From Oculina patagonica (Eukaryota), in the NCBI RefSeq assembly GCF_052425735.1, contig NC_135762.1, positions 23,250,001 to 23,314,000 on the forward strand: 64,000 bases of DNA, given 5' to 3'. The number at the start of each line of letters is the position of its first letter. Positions within the stretch are counted from its first letter, which is position 1. The translations under genes and the position numbers were made by a program. Positions 13,401 through 25,720 of the stretch are shown piece by piece. Below the pieces are notes generated by a model. It had not been told where the DNA came from. It searched no databases and was given only the letters and a program-made list of their open reading frames with translations.

Positions 13401-14354
13401 TATTGAACTATTTTATTTATTTATATATAAAAGAACGTGTGTTTTGGGAGCCGTTCGTCTGAAATGCGTTCTTAAAGTTTAGAGGATTTGAGTCTGAAAA
13501 TGTTGTTGAAGTGTTTTGTGTGAGTGTTTTTTTTAATTTCGAAAACAAGGTGGCATTGTAGCAAACCGTTCCGAAACGGATTTAAATTGTACATGTACAC
13601 GTCCAGTTTACTGTAAGATGATAATTTTTTTGGCTCCAGGCTGAATTTTGAACAAAGGCTGAAATCTTACTAAACAAGTATCTATCACCTCACAACAAAC
13701 ATTTTAAAGAAAGTTCTTATCGAAAACTTCAAACTTAGGAGATACGTTAGGAGCATGTTCTTATTATTTAAGCCTTGCTCGGCCTCAACGCTCCAATAAA
13801 AATGAATTGCCATAAAGAATGTAGATGGCGTTTCACATTCGAAGTTTGAGTTTCAGAATATGGCGAAAGAACTTTACAAGAAATATTCCTTTTGTCTCCT
13901 TGGCAATTTCTCGTGAGACGCACTCGTGTGGCCTGAGCAAGTTGAGCAGAGTGTAATAGTAAAATGAATGCTCCAGATTTCGCAGTTATCAATAGTTACT
14001 ACATTTTAGTTTGAATAGAGACTTTAAAATAAGGTCTGTAACAGATATCGGAATGAAAACGGTGTAGATAACTGCTTTCGATTTAGTTTAGTTTGGAGCT
14101 TATCGACAACGAAAAGAATAAGACATCATGTCTTTTATACACGTTCGACGCCCTTAAAACAACTTCCAAAACGATGTAAAACTGTTAAATCGCGGTAGTT
14201 CGAAACATATTTCTCTCTTCTAGACTCCTCTTAGGATTTCTCAGACTGTAAAGCTTATCAACATAAAACCGACTACGAGTTCTCCACTGAGACATATGCC
14301 TGCCAAGCTATTTGAACAGATCCTTTCTGAAAAGAGCCGTCCAATTTAACTTAC

Positions 14355-14463
14355 CAAAATGCGCTTGACAGAAAACTTCCTGGGGATGTCTCTCAAGGCA
14401 CGAGCACGCCTCGCTTGAAGCCACGACTCCCAGCAATATAACAACAAGAAACACTCGGGACAT
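14355..14463 (-). CDS. TIMP: TIMP-B exon 1
   Basis: MSRVFLVVILLGVVASSEA-CSCLERHPQEVFCQAHF, G|GTAAGT donor, phase 1; TATA-like gctatataag at 14551-14560 on the - strand. Confidence 0.95.
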
Positions 14464-16354
14464 CTTTGTTGCTTCGCAGTATTTTTTGGCTCTCAAACGT
14501 CCTACGATCGCGCACTCAAGATTGTAAAGACCGATTGCTGTGTCTCGCTGCTTATATAGCAACCCATGCCAGCGTGAAGCCAGCTGAGTTTAAAGCTTGA
14601 AATCGGACCGGCCGAGCAGCTCCGGCTCTTGGCGCCCGCCACGCTGGGCCGCGCCGCGCCGCGCCGCGCCGCGCCCTTCAAAAATAAAAACGCGAGTTAA
14701 CAGCAATTTACGATTACCTGAGAGCATTACACGGATTCAGAAAAGAAACATTGCATTTAAAGAAGGAGAAAAGTGGGGAAAAAGATCCAAAAGAGTTTAA
14801 TTTGTTGATGACGAGATTCAACGGGGTCCTCCATCGTGTTAAAGAGGTGTGCCCATGCGGCAAACATGTTCCTTCAAACCTTATAACACACCCTTCATAA
14901 CACACACATATAGTAATTATAATTATAGTAATAACGAAAATATTTTGATTGGGTTTATGGGATTTTCCGGTTTTTTCCACCCTAGATATATATTCTTTAA
15001 AGAATAAAATCCTCTTTTATTAAGGAGATTTTAATTATAATTGAGGAAATCCGTTAATTGTTGACCAAATCGCGTTAAATAGGCATCATTACTTGCATAA
15101 TTGCTAAAGGTTCTGTGTCGATTTGCATTACGGATAACTGGGAGTTACTCGAGCAATAGCTTTAAACAGGGTCCCTATTAAGCAAAGGTATCAAAAACAA
15201 CACATCAGTCCCTATAACGATCTAAAGAAACAAATGATAGCTGTTCAACGTACTTCTTTAGCAAAAGACTAAAATGTTACACAATGTCTAGTTTGTGAAT
15301 TGAAAAACGGACAAACTGTGAAAAAGTCTAGACAAAATATTAAAAAGTTTACCGCAGTGTATATAAGTCGAGACAACGATTAAAACAACATTACACCCAT
15401 AAGTTCTGTAGAAGTTGACTAATTGTTTACGCTGGAAAATATTCGGAAAAATAGACATGGCTTTTAGTAACATGATCATGTCGTGTGGCTAAAAGTATAT
15501 ATTGCAAAAAGCGGTAAAAATAGCAGTTACTTTATTGGCTGTTTATTTCGACTTATTTCACAACAACAGCTTTACAAAATTAACAAAATAATACGTATTT
15601 TAAGTCAGAAACCAAAGGGTGACATGAAATCTTTTCTTCATTTTTGCCTGAAGATGCGACAGCTTAAATAATGGTATCGACTGTTTTTTAAGTCTGCCAA
15701 GACGACTCGCATAATTGTAAAAAGCCTGCTAAATTTCATACATATAATAGATGATATTCGAATGGCTTAAACTAGACCAGAGGCTCTGTTTTGCGTGTGA
15801 AAGTATTAAAAGCATTGTAAGAATTAATAATTTGTGATGGTTGAAACAAATTTTTCAGTTAGGCATTTAAAACACGAGAATGGTTGTTCCAAAATTAACA
15901 GTGAAGACTGTATTTTTCATACGTTTTAGCACTATTTTTCTCATTATCTCTTCGATGTCTCATGCTATCGATTACCAGGTTTTGAGTGGAAGGTGCCGCA
16001 AATGTTTATTTTTTTTAAGACTTATAAGTTGCGTTTGAAGTAGTAAAAAGGGAGGTATTAGGGGATTTAAAATAAATAGGGAAAATGAAGATTTTAATAG
16101 AAGAACACCAAAATTAATAGACTACTACTTCGTGCTGAAGTGATCTATTTGATAGCGTGTGTCCCTAAGCTTCTTTTTCATAAAAATTCACGTCGATTCA
16201 AATGTGACATTACCCTTTCGTTATGCATAGCAAATCGCAAGATCTCGCTTACGTGAATAAGATAGAAAAGCTGACAACAACCAGAAAATGCAAATGCTGC
16301 CTACTTGGCAAGTTTATTCATCGTTTTACTTGGTAAACACATTACAAATTCCTT

Positions 16355-16905
16355 TTAAGGCAATCCCGGGTTCATGCAGTTCTTGTAGGCAGCGGTTTCG
16401 TGCCAGGAGCATGCGGTTGCCTCGCTGTTTTTCAAACAGTAAGAATAAAGCCATTCACAACCGTGATAAAACTCGTGCAGCTCGTATTGATATACGTTGC
16501 ATCCTTTGAGCAGCTGATCACAGCCGGGTATCCCGAAGCAAGGCGTGATCTGGCACTGACAATTTTGGGCATAAATCCCGCGGATTCCTGCGCGCTGTGC
16601 CAAAGTGACTTTTGGCCACGGTTGTATCCAACTGCCTGAATTCAGCTGAATTTTCTCCATCTTAATGCTGCCAGCGAGGAGGTACTTGATGCTGCTTTTA
16701 AGCGCCACTGCAACAGTGTAGGCTTTTGCGAAGAAACCAATTTCACCGTTGGCGGTAAAGTTTTCACCGTTGGCTCTAATGTCTTCGGTGCGATTATGAA
16801 GCTTGTCCCTTCCTTTGTAGACTTTCAGGATTTTTAGATCGTACACGCGGTTGAGTTTGTACCCTTCCGTTGTTTGATTCCCTGGCAGGACTATGGCGCG
16901 AACCG
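16355..16905 (-). CDS. TIMP: TIMP-C exon 2 (atypical TIMP lacking C70 and C99 equivalents; spliced protein 228 aa)
   Basis: TTCTTAG acceptor, phase 1; AVRAIV..KVYKG..AKAYTVAVAL..YLLAG..LNSGSW..CQC..CSW; C-domain cysteines intact. Confidence 0.9.
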
Positions 16906-17059
16906 CTAAGAACAAAAAAGAAACAGTTTTAGCCGCTTATAGTACGCTCAACAAAATTACTGGATTCTGTTTGGATGAGAGCAGTACAATTAATCCCAAT
17001 TTGTGCTTCCTACGACTACTTTTAATTCTTTAAATTCAAGTTAGAGCTACGAAGTCATT

Positions 17060-17220
17060 CAAAGATTTTCGAAGTTGACCGTTGACTGCTGAGAAGTAAA
17101 CCCGACTTCTTCCGAAGATTTTCGAAGTCGACCCGAATTCTTCTGAAGATTTCCGAAGTTGACCCGAAGACTTACGAAGTTGAATAAAAGTTTTCCCGAA
17201 AATTTCCGATGTTGGCCCTT
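17060..17220. repeat. Degenerate ~30-bp minisatellite
   Basis: Repeated gaagattttcgaagt(t/c)gaccc units. Confidence 0.6.
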
Positions 17221-17678
17221 AAACCTCCGGGAAGCGGTTAAAACAGTGATTCAGAACCGTTTTGCTCGCACTCCGGATTCAATTGGAGTTGTTTTGCTTG
17301 TTGCTTTAGGTATTTTAGCTTACGTTTAGGTGAATATCTCGTTGAATGTATAGAAACAAATTAGATTCCATTTGGCTCTCCACTCTTGTGATTCACAGAA
17401 AAGTTTGATGTCATCTGTGTGGATGTATGGGCTAGCCATGTTGGGGAAATGAGCCCGTGATCGTGTCGGGCTGTATTTTCTCGTGAAGGAGGGAAGACCG
17501 GTGCGAGAGAACAGTGCGGAAATCGAATCGTGTTGTTGAAATCAATCGTTTCCGGCCTGTCTTGGGTGTCGAAATCTCCCACTTCCGTAATTCGCATGTA
17601 GTAAGTTTCTTATCACTCACAAGAATGTCAATAAGACTAGCCCCTGATGAAACGAACTGAATTGCAATGAGTAAAATA

Positions 17679-18147
17679 CCTTATTACATGAAATTTTCGC
17701 GACACGTTAATTTCGCGATTTTGCGAAAATTTTGTATTTTAAATCACTTTAATTTTGCGTTTTTGAGTAAGACACAATTTACATTTCCTTTAAAAAGGAC
17801 TTCATTTTTGAAAAAATAAAGTCAAAATAAACAAAAAAGCAAGGGTGGGACTAAATCTCGGCAATAGCTACAACAGAGCAGTTAATGTCTACAAGTAGGT
17901 TATGCTTGTAAGTGCATGAGTCATTGTTCTTGTTTCAATTGACGACAACATACATTTAGATTTATAATTCCTTCCTTCAGTGGCACTAAACTTATTTGTC
18001 TTATTTATTGACATAATGTGAGTCACTTAATTTTCGCGTCATGTAATGTTCGCGACACTTATTGTTCGCGTCACTTTAATTTCGCGATTTTTTTCGAATC
18101 GCGAAATTCGCGAAATTAACGTGTCGCGAAAATTTCATGTAATAAGG
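17679..18147. mobile_element. TA-flanked MITE with ~40-bp perfect TIRs
   Basis: ta|ccttattacatgaaattttcgcgacacgttaatttcgcga ... tcgcgaaattaacgtgtcgcgaaaatttcatgtaataagg|ta. Confidence 0.9.
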
Positions 18148-18410
18148 TAGCAACGAAGGAATAAATGAAAGAGCGCAGAGCTTGAAGATATTCCTCATAG
18201 AGTTGTTCCCTGCGATATGTCGTCTTCCTATTCACGCACCCCTCGTTAATCCGATCATGTTTACAAGCAGAGGTCATGCATATTCAAACTGATGTTACCG
18301 TTTGTGCTCTTCGTTGCTTTTTGAGAAAAGTACATCGTTTTCGCAGACAACAGTTTTTATCAGCGAGTATCTTGTGAAATTGCGTCAAGACAAAATATTT
18401 TCTGACTCAC

Positions 18411-18546
18411 CAAAATCTGCCAAACAGAACCGTTCTTGCGGATGCCTCAAGTAGTATGCCTTTTCACTGCGGGCCTCTTCATCGGTAGTATACGCCATAG
18501 TCACAGCACTGAACAGAACAGCAACACAACAGATAATCGAATTCAT
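18411..18546 (-). CDS. TIMP: TIMP-C exon 1 (signal peptide, no CxC motif); not in the ORF track
   Basis: Hand translation: MNSIICCVAVLFSAVTMAYTTDEEARSEKAYYLRHPQERFCLADF, then G|GTGAGT donor, phase 1; HPQ.xFC.ADF matches the other paralogs. Confidence 0.9.
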
Positions 18547-18659
18547 TCTGTTTTGTCTTACCCAATGGATCTTAAAACTTTGTTAAAAAGTACTCCGAAA
18601 GAGTTTCATATATTTGTTAGAAAAGTAAGGTGAAACTGCTATTTATTTACGGCGAAGAC

Positions 18660-18712
18660 TGTGAAATGACGTCAGAGACTGACATCATTAGGTCAGGTGT
18701 GTACTTCCTGTC
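18660..18712 (-). promoter_or_regulatory. Candidate TIMP-C proximal promoter (CRE/ATF, CRE-like and ETS sites)
   Basis: tgacgtca 18667-18674, tgacatca 18680-18687 and acttcctg 18703-18710, about 120-165 bp upstream of the ATG. Confidence 0.4.
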
Positions 18713-18836
18713 CTTGTTCACGTATCACGCAGTCGTCACGTGACGGATGTGCGTTGAATTAGCTCTAACTTCTGCTTAGTTCCTTGCCCCCGTGTGGGGG
18801 ATAAGGCCAGTAGCTCTAACTTAGTAGGACTTATTA

Positions 18837-19120
18837 GAAGGCGTGGTGGTCCAATGGTTGACGCTCGACGCGCCGGACTCCGGATCGAAAGGAGCGGCAC
18901 TGCGTTGTGTTATTGGGCAAGACACTTTACTCTCATAGTGCTTCTCTCTACCCAGGTGTATGAATGTGTACCGGCGAGTTTACTGCTGGGGGTAAACCTG
19001 CTATGGACTAGCGTCCCATCCATGGAGAAGTGGAAATACTCCCAGTCGCTTCTTGCTACTGAAGTCAGGATAAGCTGCGGCCTGATGAGTCACTAGGTTC
19101 GACAACGGGGTTTACCTTTT
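18837..19120 (+). mobile_element. tRNA-derived SINE
   Basis: tRNA-like head ggcgtggtggtccaatggtt..ggactccggatcg; body gggcaagacactttactctcatagtgc..; tttacctttt tail; second copy at 44938-45195. Confidence 0.8.
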
Positions 19121-21610
19121 TATGAAATGGTCGGAGCTAATAGAACACGAGCTTAGTCTCACACAGGGCTGTAAAAATAGCATTCCATGGTCTCGCACAG
19201 AGTAAGGCGCGCCACCACCTAGCAGTTTTTCGGAAGGATTCCCCCAGCCTGCAGTGGTGTCGTGGGCGATTGCGTATTTGGCCACCATCCTGGAGTCAAA
19301 ACTCCAGAGAACGACAGCTGAAGAGGGTGGAAAGAAAAACAAGTATTTTCCAGTCCTTTCCCCCTCACCTCTCAGTCTCACTCCTTCTCCTCTGGCCGCT
19401 TTTTTCTTCTCATCCCAAGCCTTCTCTGCTTTCCAAATCCTAATGGAGCTCGCTCTCTCAAAATACTCCTGCATTACAGGTTAACCCCACCCCCTCCCCC
19501 CCCCCCCCCCTGATATCAGTCGCAGAGGATCGAATTGAAGAAGCGGCAATTCGACTGTCACCGCTGTGTTATCATGTTTAATGGCTTCTCCAAATACGAC
19601 ACACGATTGATTTCAACGACAAGTCGCTTACAATAAACGCCTTGGGAACTGCATGTTCACTTTATTTTACAAGTGAAAAACCGCTTTCGCAATCTTTAGC
19701 CAAGTGGCGAAAAAGCGGAAGTTATGAGATCATGAGTAAAATTATCTTTACGCGTTTGGATCGCATACTTAAAATACCGTTTTGTCTGGAAGAATACGAT
19801 AAGATGTAGACCTTTTCTTGTTTGGTTTGTAAAGAAGGCGAAAAAACCTTAATCCTCTTTTCATGCCTTGCTCCTTTCTTATACCCACTATAAACACGCC
19901 AACGAGCTTTCAAGCGGACTCTATGCAAAAAGGTTCGGGCATTAAATCTTTATTAATTTGTTCGTAGATATAAGCATTCAATAACAACGTCTTTGTAAGT
20001 GACTAAAGCCTTTATGTGTCTGTATGTTTTAGAATGGGATCTTTTTGGGTTTAAAAAAATTAACCACGCCCAGATTGATCCCCTTCAAATTTTCCGACAA
20101 GCATCCCCCTTTAGCATGGGGGTCCCCCTGGAGCCCGGACGTGAACACATCCGGCCCCTTGAGCAACGTCCCTGGGTATTTTCCTAACCCCCCCCCCCCA
20201 CCCCCCCCCCCCCACTAATACTACAAAAGAACAAGTAAATTTGCATAATAACAAGAAATCACACGGTGTCTTCGTTTCTTTTCCTGAAAAACATTTTTAA
20301 TTGTTCATCCGCAGTTCTTCTTTTTTTCTAGCTAATAACGCGTTAAATGTTAACAGTTTTCTGTCAAATAAAAGTAATTAATCTTACGAGTCATTTAAGG
20401 GTCATTGTTTAGTTTTAAATCACTCATTTGTGCATCGTTGTAGGTTTTTAAAGTAAAATGAGACAAATCCTTGTTAGGGTATTTATAAAAATGAGGCGCT
20501 CAAAAAGATGCTGTCACTGTACTGTTATCAGATTAACGAAGACTTAAAGACTACATAAGCTAAAAATTCAAAATAAAGGATTTGAAATTTACGTTATAGC
20601 ATTTCAATGATCACTAAAGCTTTGCCTTATGACCCTTAATTTGATGGAGGTTATCCGATTATGCATGGAATTCTCTACTGCATCACGTTTCGTCGTGTTG
20701 CACAACTAATGTCTACCAGAATTCAAAAAATGGGAATTTTGGAAAAAATTGTCTTCAGTGGACTTGAAGGAATGAAGCAAGACAGAATTTTTTCACGTTC
20801 CCACGTAAATTAAAATTCCGCGACTGCAGAAAAAACAAGTTAAATCCCTAATTGCTTAATGTATATTTATTTCAGTTGTTAAGAGTGTTTTTCGTAAACT
20901 GGATTTATGAAACATGAGCTTTTTAGATCACAATCAATAAGCAGAACTTAACATTCGACGAACGAATTTTTCGTGCTTACACATACCATAAAACCGCTTC
21001 TTTCTCCACACTTAGAAGATCTGTGATCAGACTGCCGGGCACGGTCTCAAATGCGCTAAATGCCCGGCAGTCAGAAATACTCACTAAATTTCCACAGAAA
21101 GCCTCATTCAAACATAATGAGGAAGAAGAAGAAGGCGCCATTCTTATCTCGAACTGTACTGTAAAGAGCTTAGGTTGAACCCTTTACAAAGTTATTGGCC
21201 TATCTGGTTAAAACCAGGAATTTAACTAGTCAGAGGCATCATGACCGTTCCAGTCAATAATCCTACTATGTCAGTTAGCTAATTAATGCCGATTTTACTC
21301 GATTTCTGTGACACAAATCAACAGTCGAGCCGCCCCGACCAATTTTCTAAAACACCAAATGGTTCCCAGTCAAAACAATATAATCGGAGCCTTTCGTAAG
21401 CTAAGCTCCCACTGCTCGTAGGCGACCGCGACCACATTCTAAGCGAAGTACTATGGTTTGAGATTTTCTATTTATTTTTTTTAAAAAAAAGTCCGATAAG
21501 TGGCCACTTCACGTAACGAGACACCTTGCTACCCTTATTTGACCATTATGTTTGTTAGACACATAAAAGCTTGACGTTTTCGGTGGTCGCTCGTTCAACA
21601 GTAGAAGTAA

Positions 21611-21952
21611 GAGGGTCTCAATGGGATGGTGGCTTTTACGGTTAACGGTTAAAATTTTGGCCTTTTTACGGCTAACGGTTAATTTATTTCCATTACGGTT
21701 AACAGAAGTTAAAAGTTAATTTTCATTGTTTTTAATAGTTAAAAATCAATTTCCATTATTGAAAAACGTATTTTAGGTCTTTGGACCATTTTTGGGACGA
21801 TGAAGTGAACTAGTTTGGGTTATTTATAATCACTGACCGATTTTTACGGTTAACACATTTTACGGCTTAAGGTTAAAATTTTTCATTTTTTACGCCTAAC
21901 GGCTAAATTTTTGGCCATTTTACGGCTAACGGTTAACCCCATTGAGACCCTC
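21611..21952. mobile_element. MITE with gagggtctcaatggg TIRs
   Basis: gagggtctcaatggg ... cccattgagaccctc; internal ttttacgg(c/t)taacgg repeats; flanks aagtaa/gagtaa (imperfect 6-bp TSD). Confidence 0.8.
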
Positions 21953-23737
21953 GAGTAACGCTGCCCCCAATGGATGTAATGCTAGTCCATTGCAGATCAA
22001 CACAAAGCATTTTGTCAGGTCGCCCTAACAATTTGCCAGTACCAGACAGTGACTTGCCCAAGAACTTTGACACATTTCTCTGTTAACTCGCGCGCTACCA
22101 GGCGGCTCTCGCAAGCTTTCACGTGAATGGCTCGCTACCCTTCGAGAGAACAATAGAACAAACAAGAGGAACAATGCCCCTAACCCCAAAACAATAGCAA
22201 CTGCTTCACAAGAGGACCAGTAGAATTACAAGCTTACGAGATCTGCTGCACTTTTGATAATTTGGCTACCCGCTTCGCTCTTCAATTCGAACAACGGTTG
22301 AAGTTATCTACCCTGCGCTAGACGGAAATTCCCTTTCATATCTCGTCTCTTCCAAAGTATAAAAAGAAGGCAATCTCTCTCGCGCGGGGCTTTGCACTTT
22401 GCTTACTTCTAGTTTTTCTCCGATGTGTATCACAATTTATCATTCCTCTCGTTTGTAAACACTCGCATATTTTTTTTATTTCAACTGCATAATGCATATC
22501 TATACAACAATGACGAACCTAAAACATGCATCCATCTTTAAAAGAAATTAGTTACATGTCTCCTCAAAACTAACTCGTCTTAACGACGTACAATTGGTGT
22601 TCGTAAATGAACACATATTCTTAATAACTATATAGTGAAAAAACACTTTAAAGGTGTTCTAAATGTGTTCGTGATGGTCTTAATGTCAAGTCCACCGTCT
22701 AATGTCTTGTAATCTCTTGCAAAACGCAACACTCTGAAAAAGTTTGCGCGCAAGCAGTTTTTGTTTACAAAATTTGCAAAATAATGTGAACTATATCTGT
22801 GCAAATCCTACTGAAAAGTTAGCAACAAATAACTCCTTAAACTCTGTCAGTTTAAAGTTCAACGGCCGTTTATTTTACGCTTTTTGTATGCGGCAAATAT
22901 TCTTCAGGTAATATTAATCTCGCGAACTTCTGGATTCCAAAAGACTATCGCGAAAATGAGAACGAACTTCTTCATTTAGCATTTTTAGGACGTAAAATGT
23001 AATAAGAACAGTTTGGGGGGGGGGGGGGGTTGTTTAATTTGTAACAATTCCTTTGTTCAGTATCTAGCGTAGTGAACTACGCCAGAGAATTGACACTAAA
23101 AAATTACTGTCGACACAGCAAACGTTCAATTTTTGAAATATTTGATTGTACTTCGAAGCACACTTTGTGCTAGTCGTCGAAATGATTGACAGAAAAACAA
23201 TCACGACCAATCACATATGGCAAAACTGACCAATCAGATAACACAAGACAAACAACTGATGCATCTATTGTCAATCAATCAATCAATGTATTGACGTCAT
23301 TCGTGGTACGAGACTGCCCTCACATGTCCAAGCCGCCAGGGGCTCGTGTAAAAAAACGCAGACAATAATAGTTTTGTGTGTTGCAAAATGGCTTAAAATT
23401 GTGATATGCTTCGTTATGTTACGTTCGAACTTTAGCTTAACGCTTATAAAATTTATATATGTAATTTTATAAAGAAAATCCATCTACGAATAAGCACAAC
23501 TTGCAGCAAATGGCCGCCAAAAAATTTAACGCGCCGCATATATTAAGCGCTGCGGTAAAAATTCAGGTGAAGTAGAATTGGACGTGGAATTATTTTACAA
23601 CAAATAATGTTAACTTAAACTATGTATTTCCGCCAAAATTCTAACGCAAGTTGTTCGTGTAAACTGAATTACTTTTCGTTAACTTGTCGATGGAAGATTT
23701 CTTTGTGGCGTTTTAAAATTACTCCAGTCGCAAGGCA

Positions 23738-24327
23738 TCACGGGATTTTCTTCAGGCACTTTTTGTAGTCATCCGATATCCGCCATTTGCATGTGTTCCG
23801 GGCCCAGTCCCTCATACAGTAGGTATGTCTCCTCTTGCAACTTTCTCTCATGGGCGCCCGCCATTCCACCTTGTCGCAACCTTTCAGCATTCTATTGCAG
23901 TTACTGCCGAAACACATGCCAACCTGACACATGCAGTTCTCACCATAGAAACGCCTGATTCCAGCTCGTTGTTTACGCGTGATCGAGGACCACTCCGTTC
24001 TCCACTTGCAGCCCCCAGTTCGAAGCCTGCCGTTAAGGATCTGCCCTGTCAGAAGGTACACCGTGCCGTTTCGCAGGGGCACGTGGCACGAAGACGCACG
24101 TGCCGGGGTGTACAGCTTTGCCCGCTGGGTTCGACCCCTTGATCCGTGTACCTCTATTCCCTCAGTATTGTTGATTTCCAAAGCCCCCTTGTATATCTTG
24201 AGTATTCTCAAAGTGTAAACTTGCTCTTGTATGAATTCCGCGGGGATGTGTTCCAAGAGGGCTGTCTCCGGTGATTCGGTCTGTCGGGGCTCTTCGGTCG
24301 ACTCAGACAGGACTTTGGCTCGTATGA
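23738..24327 (-). CDS. TIMP: TIMP-D exon 2 (spliced protein 233 aa)
   Basis: TTTAACAG acceptor, phase 1; VIRAKV..long acidic AB loop..KIYKG..LYTP..SSCHV..YLLTG..TGGCKW..CMC..CKW. Confidence 0.95.
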
Positions 24328-24439
24328 CTGTTAAAAGAACAAGAAACAATTTAGCTGAAACAGTACTTCAACTTCCAAAAGTGCAAACTTCGAAAAAACT
24401 CCAAATCTGACATATTCCATTTTGGAAAACGTTGAACAA

Positions 24440-24975
24440 CATCACATCAACTGAAAGTACTACTTGACTGCTTTCATTTGAATGGTCACACTCAAGAGAT
24501 TAAATCCACAGGCTTAAAAGTTTAAACCACTCTACACAGCATAGTATTCTATTTGGCTGGTAAAAACTAGGCTAGGGTTTTCTTCATATACTTTAAAGTA
24601 AGAACCACCTTGTGCACATAGACAGTGCCACATAAAATAGCTTTCATTTGAATGGTCGCACACTAGGGCTTTATCCACATACTTAGGGGTAAGAAATGCC
24701 TTGTGAAAATAATAAACAGTACCACCGAGTGGTCACACACATGGATTTTATAAGTTATAGACACCTTAATTGCTCAGTATAATAAACAGTACCACATGAA
24801 AGTACTGTTTAATAGCTTTTATTTGAATGGACACACACTAGGGTTTCATCCAAAGACTTAAAAAGTTAAAGACACCTTGTGTTGCTTAAACAACAGACAA
24901 CATGAAAGCAATGCTCAATAGCTTTCATTTGAACGACCACTTGTGATGGTTTTATCCACAGACTTAAAAAAATAG
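24440..24975. repeat. ~105-120 bp tandem repeat (satellite-like family)
   Basis: Units aaagtactg..aatagctttcatttgaatggtcacac..tttcatccacagacttaaaagttag; same family at ~8020-8110 and 37365-37660. Confidence 0.8.
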
Positions 24976-25124
24976 AAACGCCCGTTCTGTCTCTGAATTG
25001 AAAAGGTTAAGTATTCGATGTTATCACAAAATTCGCCATCTATGTTTAGTCTCTAACCGGTATCTATATGGAAGCTTCTTCAAGTCTTATAAATGTTTTA
25101 TTTTCTAATTTCTCGTGGTTTGTA

Positions 25125-25289
25125 CAGTCAACTCTCGTTATAGCGGACACGCTCGGGGCGTCGTTTTCCTTTAGTGACCGTAATAGCGGGAGTCGTTTAC
25201 AGTCAAACCTCTTTCGCCGGGGATCAGGATTTTGTCCGTAATAGCGAGTGTCCGCAATAGCGGGGTGTCCGCAAGGCGAGAGTTGACTG
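25125..25289. mobile_element. Tigger/pogo-like MITE
   Basis: ta|cagtcaactctcg ... cgagagttgactg|ta. Confidence 0.85.
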
Positions 25290-25429
25290 TAATCTGTTTC
25301 ACCCTCACCCAATAACAGACTTTTCTCTTTAGGGCACACTTAAAAGATGTGAGGCGTGTGCAGCGAACAGTAATCAACTTTCATTAATGACATTAATAAG
25401 ATAAGCTTATCTTTGTAACATGTTTACTC

Positions 25430-25720
25430 CGAAAATTTTGTCTTATGAGCTCCGCAAGGCTACTCAAAAATTGCCTCTCCCGAAACCAAGAACTGACAAC
25501 CTTAGCTTTAGTTACAGTGGTTCTCTTCGGTGATTTCTATGAAACGATCTTCCTAAGGAACTACGCAATGCAACTTCCTTAGACCTAAGCACTAATAAAT
25601 GGTTTTCTGTATCGAACTCCCACATGGCAAATATGTAAACAAGTTTATAGAGAATTGTTTGTGTTTTTCTATGCAATTCTGATATTTTTTATCCGTGTTT
25701 ATAAATAAAGTTTTATTCAT
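25430..25720 (+). mobile_element. 3' fragment of a CR1/L2-clade non-LTR retrotransposon
   Basis: Degenerate translation YELRKATQKLPLPKPRTDNL..SFSYSG..NDLPKELRNATSL, typical of the RT C-terminal tail; aataaa at the end. Confidence 0.6.

Noticed and set aside
14640-14675. (CGCGC)n GC-rich tract upstream of TIMP-B
   Set aside because: Short simple repeat; a promoter role is possible but unsupported.
16355-18546. Calling TIMP-C a pseudogene
   Set aside because: No stops or frameshifts, canonical splice sites, all indels in frame, and cysteine losses are exactly paired.
18837-18910. Possible tRNA gene (also ~44938 and ~53200)
   Set aside because: No complete cloverleaf; continues into a SINE body.
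24440-24975. Regularly spaced repeats resembling a CRISPR array
   Set aside because: Whole units are homologous (no unique spacers), the context is eukaryotic and there are no cas genes.
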